From assembly GCA_039795895.1 (NCBI GenBank), contig JBDKKW010000002.1, forward strand, positions 7,347-71,346: a stretch of 64,000 nucleotides of DNA, in the 5' to 3' direction. This document shows, piece after piece, positions 19,016-28,662 of the stretch. Under the pieces are notes generated by a model. That model was not told the origin of the DNA. It worked only from the letters and a program-made list of their open reading frames with translations, and did no database searches. Source of the stretch: Candidatus Parcubacteria bacterium (GTDB lineage: Bacteria > Patescibacteriota > Minisyncoccia > Phycocordibacterales > JBAYGS01). The position numbers and the translations under genes are program-made. Position 1 is the first letter of the stretch; the number at the start of each line of letters is the position of its first letter.

Positions 19016-19475
19016 ATTTTTGAATGTTTAGGGACGTGCCGAGTTTCAGACATGACAGTCATTCAGACTTCCTAGCGGCTAATAATAATACCGGTACATT
19101 CAAGCGACAACAAAAACTAAACAGGCCGCGGGTTCCTAACCTTACACCTAAAATCATCCACGGCCTGCTAGCTTTCGCTGGGCCTGACTGCACCGATTGA
19201 CAGATGAGCAGTATGATGACTGATATGCATGCTGGATGCTTCGTCGTGTCTGTCGTCATGTGCTTAAGCACATTGCGACATGCACGAGACAGCTAGCAGC
19301 GTGCATCATGGTCATGTTGGTGGGTGGGACTGACGTCCAAAGACGTTATGGAAAAATCCATAAAAAGGCATTTCTGCCTGTTGTTAGGGCGGCTTGTATT
19401 CAAACCTTCACTTTTTACGTTGATGACAAGGTGCTAGGAGAGTCAAAGACTTTCCAGAGGAGCGAACTCCTCCGC
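19016..19475 (-). ncRNA. Retron msr-msd-like non-coding RNA
   Basis: Promoter TTGACA(19503-08)-16-AATAAT; short stem-loops AGGCA-GAAA-UGCCU, UUAUGGA/UCCAUAA, ACGUC/GACGU; ~100-nt hairpin 19216-19315; flanking inverted repeats 19066-76/19433-44. Confidence 0.8.
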
Positions 19476-19616
19476 TATCCATTATTTCAAACTCTAACTT
19501 TTTGTCAATGCCCTAAAAGTGTATAAGGTACTAACAACCCCACGTCACTCCTGAAGCAAAAGGACTTCTGTACAATATAAATTCAAAACCCCGCCAACTT
19601 CGTTGGCGGGGTGATC

Positions 19617-19793
19617 TTACAAACGCTTCTTCCGACGGATTTTCCAGGTAGGTCTCTTGGGGAGGGTCTGATCCCGAGCTGCCTCAATCCGATTAAACTT
19701 TTCCACCTGACACTGCTGGCAGGAACAATGGTACCCCACTGCATCCCCCGTCACACAGCCCGCATGATTCCCAGACCGACAAGCCTGACACAT
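19617..19793 (-). CDS. 58-aa Cys-rich small protein (below ORF-track cutoff)
   Basis: MCQACRSGNHAGC...HCSCQQC...KIRRKKRL; GAAAGGA RBS; terminator at ~19585-19612. Confidence 0.6.
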   Translation of the reverse strand: MCQACRSGNHAGCVTGDAVGYHCSCQQCQVEKFNRIEAARDQTLPKRPTWKIRRKKRL

Positions 19794-19841
19794 CTTCTAT
19801 CCTTTCATTTTTAGAACATTTCTAAATGCAAACTATCAGAT

Positions 19842-20813
19842 TTACTTCTTCATCGCAAGCTTAAGCGTGTGCCCAATAAATTCAGACAAAGAGCTTCCTA
19901 CCGCACCCAATGCCTTTGGAAAAAGAGAGGTCTTGGTCAGTCCCGGTAAAGTGTTTACCTCCAAAAAATACACCCCCCGGCGCGGATGGACAATAAAATC
20001 AGAACGTGAGTAATGCTTGAGTCCGAGTATTTTGTGTACTGCCATCGCCGAATCCTGAATCAATTTTTTCTCAGCCGATGTAAATGTGCCCGGACACAAC
20101 TCGGTGACTTCCCCACTATATTTACTAGTATAATCAAAAAGCACTCCTTCTTTTTTTGGCAACACAATCTCCACCGGCATCAGCGCATACAAATCCTGCC
20201 CTCGGAATCGTTCAATCACGCCACAGGTCGCTTCTTTGCCCAGGATATATTCCTCAATCAACGCCTCAGGTGCGTATTCAAACGCGTGTACGAGCGCACG
20301 AGAGAGTTCAGGGAGTGTCTTTGCGACAGATACCCCGACCGACGAGCCCGACGAGACAGGCTTTACAATCGCAGGCATCGGAAAGGTTTTAAATAGCTCA
20401 ACTACTTTCGCATGCGTCAGCTCGGTGTGCTTGAGCGTGAGGTAATGTGGAGTCTTGATACCCTGCGCTTTGGATAATTTCTTGGTCAGGGCTTTATTCA
20501 TCCCAATCGCTGAAGCGAGCGCGCCCGATCCGGTATACGGGACACCAAAACTATCGAGTAGCTTTTGCAATTTCCCATCTTCGCCAAATTCGCCGTGAAG
20601 AGCATTGAAAACCACATCTACTTTTTTCAAAATATCTTTCGGCTCTCGACGCACACCTTCAAAATGCCAGTTGCCCGCTTTATCAATAAAAATATCATGA
20701 CCGGTGTATTCTTCCGGCAAGCTATCGAGCACGGTACGACCCGTCTTCAAAGAGACCTCAAATTCTGATGAGGGTCCGCCGGATAAAACCGCCACACGAG
20801 TCTTTCTAAACAT
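19842..20813 (-). CDS. ddl: D-alanine--D-alanine ligase
   Basis: GGPSSEFEVSL, ALHGEFGEDG, GSSVG, LEVNTLPG. Confidence 0.96.
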   Translation of the reverse strand: MFRKTRVAVLSGGPSSEFEVSLKTGRTVLDSLPEEYTGHDIFIDKAGNWHFEGVRREPKDILKKVDVVFNALHGEFGEDGKLQKLLDSFGVPYTGSGALASAIGMNKALTKKLSKAQGIKTPHYLTLKHTELTHAKVVELFKTFPMPAIVKPVSSGSSVGVSVAKTLPELSRALVHAFEYAPEALIEEYILGKEATCGVIERFRGQDLYALMPVEIVLPKKEGVLFDYTSKYSGEVTELCPGTFTSAEKKLIQDSAMAVHKILGLKHYSRSDFIVHPRRGVYFLEVNTLPGLTKTSLFPKALGAVGSSLSEFIGHTLKLAMKK

Positions 20814-20816
20814 ATA

Positions 20817-20965
20817 AGTAGGACTAAAATTAGCGCACTTCTTCGTTGCTTCACTCGTTTGCTCCCGCGCAGTAGGTCTTCTACAGCTTGGTTGCAAGCC
20901 TCGCTCGCACCTGATTCAGTAGAATCACCTACTGGGTCGAATTGCATCTAATTTTAATTCCTACT
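20817..20965 (+). repeat. Composite palindromic element (family A core plus second module)
   Basis: Terminal inverted repeat AGTAGGACTAAAATTAG/CTAATTTTAATTCCTACT; contains GCTCCCGCGCAGTAG..TCTACAGCTTGGT and AATCACCTACTGGGTC. Confidence 0.75.
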
Positions 20966-21003
20966 CAGTATACCACCTGACACAAATACAAAATCCCCAG
21001 AAA

Positions 21004-21133
21004 AGAAAAGGCCCATCTCGAAGGGATCGAGATGGGCCAAGCGGGGGAATTTTAGAAAAGTCTGTTATGTAAGTCGCACGACGGACTAGACTAACCTTCC
21101 CCCTGTGCCACTGTGAGAGCAGTGACCGTGCGT
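21004..21133 (-). ncRNA. Candidate orphan small RNA
   Basis: TTGCTT-16-TACAGT promoter, internal stems, strong terminator GGCCCATCTCGA/TCGAGATGGGCC-TTTT; no ORF. Confidence 0.45.
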
Positions 21134-21194
21134 GCACTGTAGCACATATTATTAAAAAAGCAATACAAGCAAGCCTTAATCAAAAAATACCCTT

Positions 21195-22427
21195 TTAATC
21201 GGGCATTTTTCCACGAAGCTTGCGATGATAACCAATACCAAATCGGTGCGACTCGGCATTTGCCAAAAGGACGGCTTTTCGGTGTTTGACCCCAAGCGCA
21301 GTGTCTCCCAAAAGGTGACTCGGCCGATGCTTTTCATTTTTCACCACCGACACAATACCCGCTTCTGGGAACACCGGTGTGACTAGGGTGCGTGCCACAC
21401 GAAGCTGTGCTTTGCCACCATCCACCACCACCAAGTCTGGAGTGGACCACTCTGTGTGTGTGAGTCGTCGAGTCAAAATCTCTTTGAGTGCACCTACATC
21501 ATCATTTTTCTCCACCGACAATTTAAATTTTCGATATTCAGATTTTTCCACTTCCCCATTGATCACGACCGTCATTACCCCCACCACATCTTTCCCGCTG
21601 GTATGTGCCACGTCATAGCTTTCAATACGAAATGGTTTGCCGAGAGCGCCCGTGGTCACCGAATCATCTTCCCCAATCAACGCTACGTCCTGGATATGTT
21701 CGAGCGCAAAAAGAGTATTCTTAATCTTCCCCGCTTCTTCAAACTCCTGCTTCTTTGCAAGCGCATCCATCTCCCGTGTCAGTGTCTGCACGAGAGCTTT
21801 TTTCTTTCCAGATAAAAAGAGTTCGATGTGCTGTATCGTTTTTGCATATTCTTTTTCTGAAATCCGACCGATGCAGACCCCCGGGCAGAGACCAATGTGA
21901 TAGTTGAAGCACGCCTTGCCTTGATTTGACACACACTTTTCGTCTCGGTACGGGAAGATTTTGCGGATGATTTTGAGGGCGGTCTTAAGCTGAGAAGAAC
22001 GAGGATAGGGACCGAAGGAAGTTGATAGTTGATAGTTTTTAGTTGATAGCGGGGAAAGAAGATCTTTTTTACGGAAAGTGACAACACGTGGAAAAGCTTC
22101 GTCGGTGATGCCGACCAGCAGGAAACTCCGATTATCTTTTTCTTTAGTATTGAAATACGGCTGATGCTTTTTGATCAGCTCCACTTCGAGTAACATTGCC
22201 TCGAGCACCGAGTCTGTCTCCTGCCACTTGATCTCTTTTGCCTTAAACACCATATCTACCAACAGCGGTCCACGGGTAGCAATCAGATCTGGTCCAAAAT
22301 AGCTCTTCACTCGATCTTTGAGCGATGTCGCCTTACCGATATACAAAATCTCCTTCTTGTCTCCCAAGAAGAAGTACACGCCCGGGGTGTCAGGAATATG
22401 GAGTTTTTCGAAATCTTGAAGATGCAT
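21195..22427 (-). CDS. uvrC: Excinuclease UvrC (short form, no obvious C-terminal HhH)
   Basis: PGVYFF..LYIGKATSLKDRVKSYF (GIY-YIG), Cys cluster, UVR, RIESYDVAH, DGGKAQ. Confidence 0.9.
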   Translation of the reverse strand: MHLQDFEKLHIPDTPGVYFFLGDKKEILYIGKATSLKDRVKSYFGPDLIATRGPLLVDMVFKAKEIKWQETDSVLEAMLLEVELIKKHQPYFNTKEKDNRSFLLVGITDEAFPRVVTFRKKDLLSPLSTKNYQLSTSFGPYPRSSQLKTALKIIRKIFPYRDEKCVSNQGKACFNYHIGLCPGVCIGRISEKEYAKTIQHIELFLSGKKKALVQTLTREMDALAKKQEFEEAGKIKNTLFALEHIQDVALIGEDDSVTTGALGKPFRIESYDVAHTSGKDVVGVMTVVINGEVEKSEYRKFKLSVEKNDDVGALKEILTRRLTHTEWSTPDLVVVDGGKAQLRVARTLVTPVFPEAGIVSVVKNEKHRPSHLLGDTALGVKHRKAVLLANAESHRFGIGYHRKLRGKMPD

Positions 22428-22504
22428 ATGCTTGACAAATACGAGCCATTACTCTACCATAACATCGGAACAAAACAAAAACCAATACAAGGAAAGGCAC
22501 AGAA

Positions 22505-22828
22505 ATGCGGGCTACGCTAACTATTCATCAAGTGGATTTGAGACAGACCCACCTCCCGGAGATAATCGGAATGATCGAGTGTGCACTTGGTACATTCGAA
22601 AGTAAGCATCACTGTCTCGAGAACACGCTGTGGGGCATCACAATTATCGACCGGCCTGATGACGACCTCTTTTTCAATTTTCGCAGACACGCCGGACCCG
22701 AAAGGAAAGGCATTCTCTTCATCAGCGAAAAGTGCGAAACGGTCCCGCTCGGTGTTGTCGTCTGTACCCCCGAAGACACCTTCGAACGCACCACCGAGCT
22801 CCTGAACCAGATGTTCGGCAAGCAATAG
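22505..22828 (+). CDS. Hypothetical protein
   Basis: TTGACA promoter, GGAAAGG RBS, terminator at ~22839-22870. Confidence 0.65.
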   Translation: MRATLTIHQVDLRQTHLPEIIGMIECALGTFESKHHCLENTLWGITIIDRPDDDLFFNFRRHAGPERKGILFISEKCETVPLGVVVCTPEDTFERTTELLNQMFGKQ

Positions 22829-22933
22829 CTCTTCCACCCCGGCAAATCAGTCTCTGATTTGCCGGTTTTCTTTTGTTCTATTCTCTCTCCCCCGGTCTAA
22901 TGTCTAGTGTCTAACTACTAATATCTTCTCCTC

Positions 22934-25540
22934 CTACTTCTTCAGCATCTTCTTCAAATACTTCCCTGTATGTGACTCCTCCACCCTCGCCACATCTTCC
23001 GGCGTACCTTTCGCTACTACTTTTCCTCCACCAACCCCTCCCTCAGGTCCAATATCAATCACATAATCCGCGCACTTGATAATATCCAAGTTGTGTTCAA
23101 TCACCATCACCGTGTTGCCGTGATCAGTGAGCTTTTGCAAAATCTCGATCAATTTTTTCACATCTTCGTAGTGGAGACCGATCGTTGGCTCATCCAAAAG
23201 ATAAATCGTCTTTTGAATATGCGGACGATAGAGCTCTGAAGAAATCTTTACGCGCTGAGCCTCGCCTCCTGAGAGCGTGGTCGCTGACTGACCAAGCTCA
23301 AGATAGCCCAAGCCTACTTCATTGAGCGTGCGAATACGATCTGAAATCGAAGGAATGTCATCAAAAAAGGTTACCGCTTCTTCGACAGTCATTTTGAGCA
23401 CGTCATAAATACTTTTCTTTTTGTATTTAATTTCAAGCGTCTCTTTGGTAAAGCGTTTACCCTGACAGACATCACACGGCACGTACACCGTCGGCAAGAA
23501 GTGCATTTCCACTGCAATCTCACCGTTCCCCTGACAGGTCTCACATCGCCCACCTTTCACATTGAAAGAAAATCGGCTCGCTCCCCAACCACGCGCTTTC
23601 GCCTCAGCACTTTCAGCAAACATATCTCGAATAAAGGTCCACGCGCCGGTATAGGTCGCAGGATTTGACCGCGGAGTACGTCCGATCGCCGATTGATCGA
23701 TCAAAATCACTCGACTCACATATTCAGCACCCAAGAAAGAGGCACAGTTAAACGTCTGAGGACTACGATAGCGACGCTCCAGTCGTGCTTGAAGATTTTT
23801 GTGCACGATCTCGTACATAAACGAAGACTTGCCCGAGCCAGACACGCCGGTCACCGCTACTAATTTGCCGAGTGGAATATCGGCATTCAAGTTTTTAATA
23901 TTAAATACATTACCCCCGCGAATCAGAATTCGTCCACGATCCACATCGCGCCGCTTTTTTGGCACTTCGATTTGTGCATCGCCTCGCAAGTAGTCGAGGG
24001 TGAGCGAGCCAGACGTATTTTTCTTGGCAGTGAGTAATTCATCCAAATAGCCCGCCACCACCACTTCTCCGCCGTGAATCCCCGCTCCCGGACCAATGTC
24101 GACAATATAGTCGGATGAAAAAATGGTATCTTCGTCGTGCTCTACCACAATAATCGTGTTGCCGATGTCGCGAAGGTGGAGCAAGGTCTTAATCAAGCGA
24201 TCGTTGTCTCGAGAGTGGAGACCAATCGTCGGCTCATCGAGCACGTAGAGCGCACCAACCAAGCCACTCCCAAGCTGAGAAGCAAGACGAATACGCTGAG
24301 CCTCACCTCCTGAGAGCGTGTGCGCTCGTCGATCGAGGGTCAAATACTCAATCCCCACGTTGATCATAAAGGAAAGTCGAGCCTGGATTTCTTTGATCAC
24401 TACTTTTGAAATTTCCTGTTCGACTTTGTTGAGTTTGATTTCTTTAAAATATGTGTCGCAGGCGTCAATCGAAAGTCCCGTCACCTCCACAATATTTTTG
24501 CCTCCGATTCGCACAAACAACGCTTCTTTGCGGAGGCGCGAGCCATGACAGACTTCACACGCATCCTCAGTGTTGTCACCAAAAAGGTGCTTGGTTCCAA
24601 GACCTTTACACTCTTCGCAGGCACCATACGGCGAGTTGAAAGAAAATAGTCGTGGCTCGACTTCTGGATACGAGTAGCCATCGTACGGACACATAAATTT
24701 GACCGACATCAGTGTCTCACCCTCGGGAGTCTCGATTTTGAGCAAGCCACCAGATTTATCAATTGCTTTTTCGATAGCCTCACTCACACGCTCGCGAGCG
24801 TTGCCTGGAGCAGTTTTAAATTCACTGACAAATAGCTCATCTACCAGCACGTCGATATTGTGCTTTTTGTTTTTCGACAAGATGATTTGCTCGCGGAGCT
24901 TTTTGAGCTCACCATCGATTTTCACTTGCTCGTAGCCTTCACCGAGGAGATCGTAGAGCAACTGATAGTATTCCCCTTTTCGGCCCACCACGATTGGTGA
25001 GAAGATTTTGATTTTAGAGTTGGTCACATCGACTCCCATCACTTTTTTACTGGTCGTATCAAAACCACCACTAGTCACCTTTTTGATAATGGTTTCCAAA
25101 ATTTCTTCATTCGACAATTTTTTGATTTCTCGGTCACAGACGAGACAATGTGGCCGACCGATACGCGCATAGAGCACACGCAAGTAGTCGTAGATTTCGG
25201 TAATAGTCGCAACCGTTGATCGAGGATTGTTTGAACGAGATTTTTGATCAATCGAAATAGCTGGAGACAATCCGATGATTTCATCAACATCTGGCTTCTG
25301 CATCTGACGGAGAAATTGTCGGGCATACGAAGAAAGCGACTCCACATACTTTCGCTGACCCTCGGCAAAGATAGTATCAAAGGCAAGCGATGATTTCCCC
25401 GAACCAGACAGACCGGTAAACACCACCATCTTGTTGCGTGGCATTTCGACTGAAATATCTTTGAGATTGTGTGTGCGAGCTCCTCGAATAATAATCTTCT
25501 CCGCTTCGCCTTCGCCTTTTTTATGTGAGTCTTTGTTCAT
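22934..25540 (-). CDS. uvrA: Excinuclease ABC subunit A
   Basis: Two Walker A motifs ([16 protein letters not shown]), two LSGGEAQR, Zn fingers. Confidence 0.98.
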   Translation of the reverse strand: MNKDSHKKGEGEAEKIIIRGARTHNLKDISVEMPRNKMVVFTGLSGSGKSSLAFDTIFAEGQRKYVESLSSYARQFLRQMQKPDVDEIIGLSPAISIDQKSRSNNPRSTVATITEIYDYLRVLYARIGRPHCLVCDREIKKLSNEEILETIIKKVTSGGFDTTSKKVMGVDVTNSKIKIFSPIVVGRKGEYYQLLYDLLGEGYEQVKIDGELKKLREQIILSKNKKHNIDVLVDELFVSEFKTAPGNARERVSEAIEKAIDKSGGLLKIETPEGETLMSVKFMCPYDGYSYPEVEPRLFSFNSPYGACEECKGLGTKHLFGDNTEDACEVCHGSRLRKEALFVRIGGKNIVEVTGLSIDACDTYFKEIKLNKVEQEISKVVIKEIQARLSFMINVGIEYLTLDRRAHTLSGGEAQRIRLASQLGSGLVGALYVLDEPTIGLHSRDNDRLIKTLLHLRDIGNTIIVVEHDEDTIFSSDYIVDIGPGAGIHGGEVVVAGYLDELLTAKKNTSGSLTLDYLRGDAQIEVPKKRRDVDRGRILIRGGNVFNIKNLNADIPLGKLVAVTGVSGSGKSSFMYEIVHKNLQARLERRYRSPQTFNCASFLGAEYVSRVILIDQSAIGRTPRSNPATYTGAWTFIRDMFAESAEAKARGWGASRFSFNVKGGRCETCQGNGEIAVEMHFLPTVYVPCDVCQGKRFTKETLEIKYKKKSIYDVLKMTVEEAVTFFDDIPSISDRIRTLNEVGLGYLELGQSATTLSGGEAQRVKISSELYRPHIQKTIYLLDEPTIGLHYEDVKKLIEILQKLTDHGNTVMVIEHNLDIIKCADYVIDIGPEGGVGGGKVVAKGTPEDVARVEESHTGKYLKKMLKK

Positions 25541-25659
25541 AGTTATATATATGTGTGGACGCCCCAGACGCGACGTCTAGGGGTATATAGCGACAATCCT
25601 ACACTGATATAGGCATTGTGGCAATCAACTTGACATCTGATCGAAACTGAGTACTCTGT

Positions 25660-26141
25660 ACCTCAGAACTTGAGGTTGGTAGATAGCTTCCTGTCACACA
25701 GGAAGAACCTTGATGTAAAGAAGAGTGACACGAAAAAAATGGAGACCAGTGAACTGATCTTGGGGCTTTCGAGCCTCACTGGGAACCCTCTATCCGTGAC
25801 TTCTTTGCTCCGTGGTCAAGCACGCTACGCAAGTAGCTGGCAAGGCCTCTACCCTTGGGCGCGAAAACCTGGGGTGGTGGTTGGAGTGACATCGGTGTAT
25901 CAGTTCTGTTTACAAACGAACAAGAAAATCTCGACAACGTCCTGGACAGTTCTCGCATTCGAGATTGCCCTCATGGCAGTCTCACACGGATTGAACCCCG
26001 TGCAGTAATGGAGAAGGCTATCAGGTAACGACGGCGAGATTTTTTCATCTGAAGTGTACGCTCATGCGCACAATTGCACTATTGTTCGGAGGGAAACCAA
26101 TCGCAAGTACGAAGCTCCGCAGGCACCTGCGGAGCTTTTTT
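25660..26141 (+). ncRNA. Candidate large structured non-coding RNA (~480 nt), family unrecognised
   Basis: TTGACA(25630)-16-TACTCT promoter; more than 10 nested helices with UUCG and GCAA loops; terminator 26112-26141. Confidence 0.7.
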
Positions 26142-26222
26142 CACTCTTGACTCTTTGGAGAATATCCGGTAGTCTCAATGGCGGAATACAGAACAAAAGC
26201 TACAAAAGAAAGAGAGAAAATT

Positions 26223-26489
26223 ATGGATGCCCCAAACACAGATCTTGCTAGCCGAATTGCCGGGATTTTAAAAGAGGCACCGGTGGGAAGCGCGACCAGA
26301 CAATTGGTAAATTGGCATGGAAAGGAACTGGAAAAGGGTATGACTTCAATCAACGTTACCGGCACCAGTGGCGTAACCCACCCCGAACAACTGAGTGACA
26401 CTGAACTCGCTTCCGTCATCGAAGAACACGCGGCTGAATTCATGCGCATGGTCAATGCCCCCACAGTCCCCGATCGCGAACTCCTCTGA
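26223..26489 (+). CDS. Hypothetical protein
   Basis: 88-aa ORF followed by terminator at ~26508-26540. Confidence 0.55.
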   Translation: MDAPNTDLASRIAGILKEAPVGSATRQLVNWHGKELEKGMTSINVTGTSGVTHPEQLSDTELASVIEEHAAEFMRMVNAPTVPDRELL

Positions 26490-26571
26490 CTCACACCGAG
26501 TCATCAACCTCATTTCAGCCATGGCTGAAATGGGGTTTTATTTTGAACAATTCAAGACTTAAAAAGATATT

Positions 26572-26702
26572 AAAAAGCCCGCCATACGTGTGGCGGGCTC
26601 GTTCGTCCATTTCTTCTTGCCGTAAGAACGATTCGGCAAGTATAGCCCGTGGCCTACTTTCCCGAAACCGGGCCAACCTCGGGAATCACTTATTCAGTGT
26701 GG
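26572..26702 (-). ncRNA. Candidate orphan small RNA
   Basis: TTGACA-16-TACTAT promoter; hairpins TTCCCGA/TCGGGAA and CTTGCCG/CGGCAAG; terminator AGCCCGCCA/TGGCGGGCT-TTTT; no ORF. Confidence 0.45.
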
Positions 26703-26755
26703 CCTTATAGTACAGGACAAGAAAATCTTGTCAAATTATAACCACCGTATTCAGA

Positions 26756-26875
26756 GAATCAGTAAAACGGTACTAGATACGAGGCACGGGAGGATTTTCG
26801 ACTGAGCCATATTGGACATATGGTGAATAGAAAATCCGAACCGCAACAAAGTAGATGGCACCGTTTTGCTGATTC
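26756..26875 (-). repeat. Palindromic element family A, divergent copy
   Basis: GAATCAGTAAAACGGT/ACCGTTTTGCTGATTC ends; TAGATRCG and ACAAAGYAGATG shared with 144-266; abuts mreB stop. Confidence 0.75.
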
Positions 26876-27889
26876 TTACCTTTTCGTGATGATGCTCTTT
26901 TTATAGGTATCGAGATGATCCAGTGCCACTCCCGTCCCCTTCACCACACAAAACAGCGCATCCTCCGCCAAAATCGCTTTTACTCCAGTACGTCGATAGA
27001 CAAGCTCCGGCAAATTGCGAAGCATAGAAGATCCGCCTGTCATAATAATTCCCTTATCAATAATATCCGCCGCGAGCTCGGGTGGAGTCTCTTGCAACAC
27101 ATCTTTGATTGCCTTAATCATATCGCGAAGCTCACGCGCAATCGCCTTCACGATTTCGTTGGTTTTAATTTCCGCGGTACGAGGCAGTCCCGAGAGAAAA
27201 TCTCGCCCCTTGATCACCATAGTCAACTCTTCATCGAGTGGTACCGCTGAGCCAACCTTAATTTTAATTTCTTCTGCTGTCTGATCACCAATCGCAAGGT
27301 TGAATGTCTTTTTAATATAGTCCGCAATCGCCGCATCAATACGATTACCCGCACACTTCACCGAAGTCGAAGCCACAATCCCGCCGAGCGAGATCACCGC
27401 CACATCGGTCGTCCCTCCTCCGATGTCTACCACCATGTGACCAATCGGCTCGTAAATCGGGATACCCGCACCAATTGCAGCCAAAATTGGCTCCTTCACC
27501 ACGTAGGCATTTTTTGCCCCCGCACGCATTGCTGCTTCGATCACCGCGCGACGCTCAGTCGAAGTCACTCCCGCTGGCACCGACACCATCACGTCTGGTT
27601 TAAAAATATTCCATCGTCCGAGTGCTTTGCCGATAAAATAGCGGAGCATTGCTTCGGTCACGCGATAATCGGCAATCACCCCATCTTTCATCGGTCGGTA
27701 GGCAATAATACTCTCGGGTGTTTTACCAATCATATTTTTGGCATCCACTCCCACCGCCAAAATTTTATTATCCTGCTCAGAGACCGCCACCACCGATGGC
27801 TCGTTGAGCACAATCCCCTTGCCCGGCAAAAAGACCAGCGTATTCGCCGTACCTAAATCAATCCCCAATCGTTTTGAGAACATTCCCAT
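26876..27889 (-). CDS. mreB: Second MreB/Mbl-family actin homolog
   Basis: GIDLGTANT, EPSVVA, DIGGGTT, TGGSS. Confidence 0.93.
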   Translation of the reverse strand: MGMFSKRLGIDLGTANTLVFLPGKGIVLNEPSVVAVSEQDNKILAVGVDAKNMIGKTPESIIAYRPMKDGVIADYRVTEAMLRYFIGKALGRWNIFKPDVMVSVPAGVTSTERRAVIEAAMRAGAKNAYVVKEPILAAIGAGIPIYEPIGHMVVDIGGGTTDVAVISLGGIVASTSVKCAGNRIDAAIADYIKKTFNLAIGDQTAEEIKIKVGSAVPLDEELTMVIKGRDFLSGLPRTAEIKTNEIVKAIARELRDMIKAIKDVLQETPPELAADIIDKGIIMTGGSSMLRNLPELVYRRTGVKAILAEDALFCVVKGTGVALDHLDTYKKSIITKR

Positions 27890-27992
27890 AGATACTCCTA
27901 TACTAAGCCTTTTTAAGTATTTGTGATAGTTGACAAATAGTCAGCAAAGTATAGTGTGTAAAGTAGAAAAGTTGTTTGAGAAAGATGTACGT

Positions 27993-28499
27993 ATGAAAAG
28001 AAAACCGAAAGTTAGATCTCACCCAAGGTCCTATCCCCCAGAAACAAAAATGGGAGATATGCCAATCTGGTGTCACCACCATTGTTACAAAATGTCGATC
28101 AAAGGAATCGGTACTTGGGGGAAATCAGTGATCCTCGCAGGAAGTGCCGCGGAGCTACATATCGCCTATGAACCAAACATCGCTCGCGCAGATGCTCCTT
28201 GGACATTGATCTGGGAAATCAGACACTCGCCCAAGGAAAAAGTGACCGGAACAGTCATCTTCACAACCGAAGACGTGCGACAGGCTTTTGGGCTGACCGA
28301 CAATCGTCCCGATGAAGAGAACTGGCTTCTCGAAAGGTTTGGTGGACAAGTGGCAAGCCAAGGTCACTATATCCGCTATGGACCATACCTCAATATCCCT
28401 GCCCCCGGGACTGGTCATGATGGGGATCCGAACATCTCAATCAAGATTGACCAGAAAATCAGAAGAGCTGTTGCTCGACTAATTACTGGCAAACTTTGA
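27993..28499 (+). CDS. Hypothetical protein
   Basis: Long ORF with TTGACA promoter and terminator at ~28508-28550; start uncertain. Confidence 0.65.
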   Translation: MKRKPKVRSHPRSYPPETKMGDMPIWCHHHCYKMSIKGIGTWGKSVILAGSAAELHIAYEPNIARADAPWTLIWEIRHSPKEKVTGTVIFTTEDVRQAFGLTDNRPDEENWLLERFGGQVASQGHYIRYGPYLNIPAPGTGHDGDPNISIKIDQKIRRAVARLITGKL

Positions 28500-28662
28500 A
28501 CACTCGCCCGCCCTGCACCTTTTACAAAAGGTGCAGGGCGCTTTTTTCTTTTTTAGAAATTAGGAATTAGGTATTAAAAATTACTTAGTTATCCCCAACA
28601 AACTGTTTTAATTATCACATATATGCTATATTTATACTATTATAAAATAAAAGGTATTGAGT

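Noticed and set aside
19059-19526. 70-aa and 96-aa ORFs inside the retron leader
   Set aside because: No RBS or recognisable domain; the region is better explained by RNA structure.
25660-26141. RNase P RNA, tmRNA or SRP RNA; or the 112-aa ORF 25670-26008 as a real gene
   Set aside because: The hallmark motifs are absent by eye. The ORF has a TTG start inside a hairpin, no RBS and no recognisable domain.
26876-27889. Second mreB as a novelty
   Set aside because: Multiple MreB/Mbl paralogs are common.
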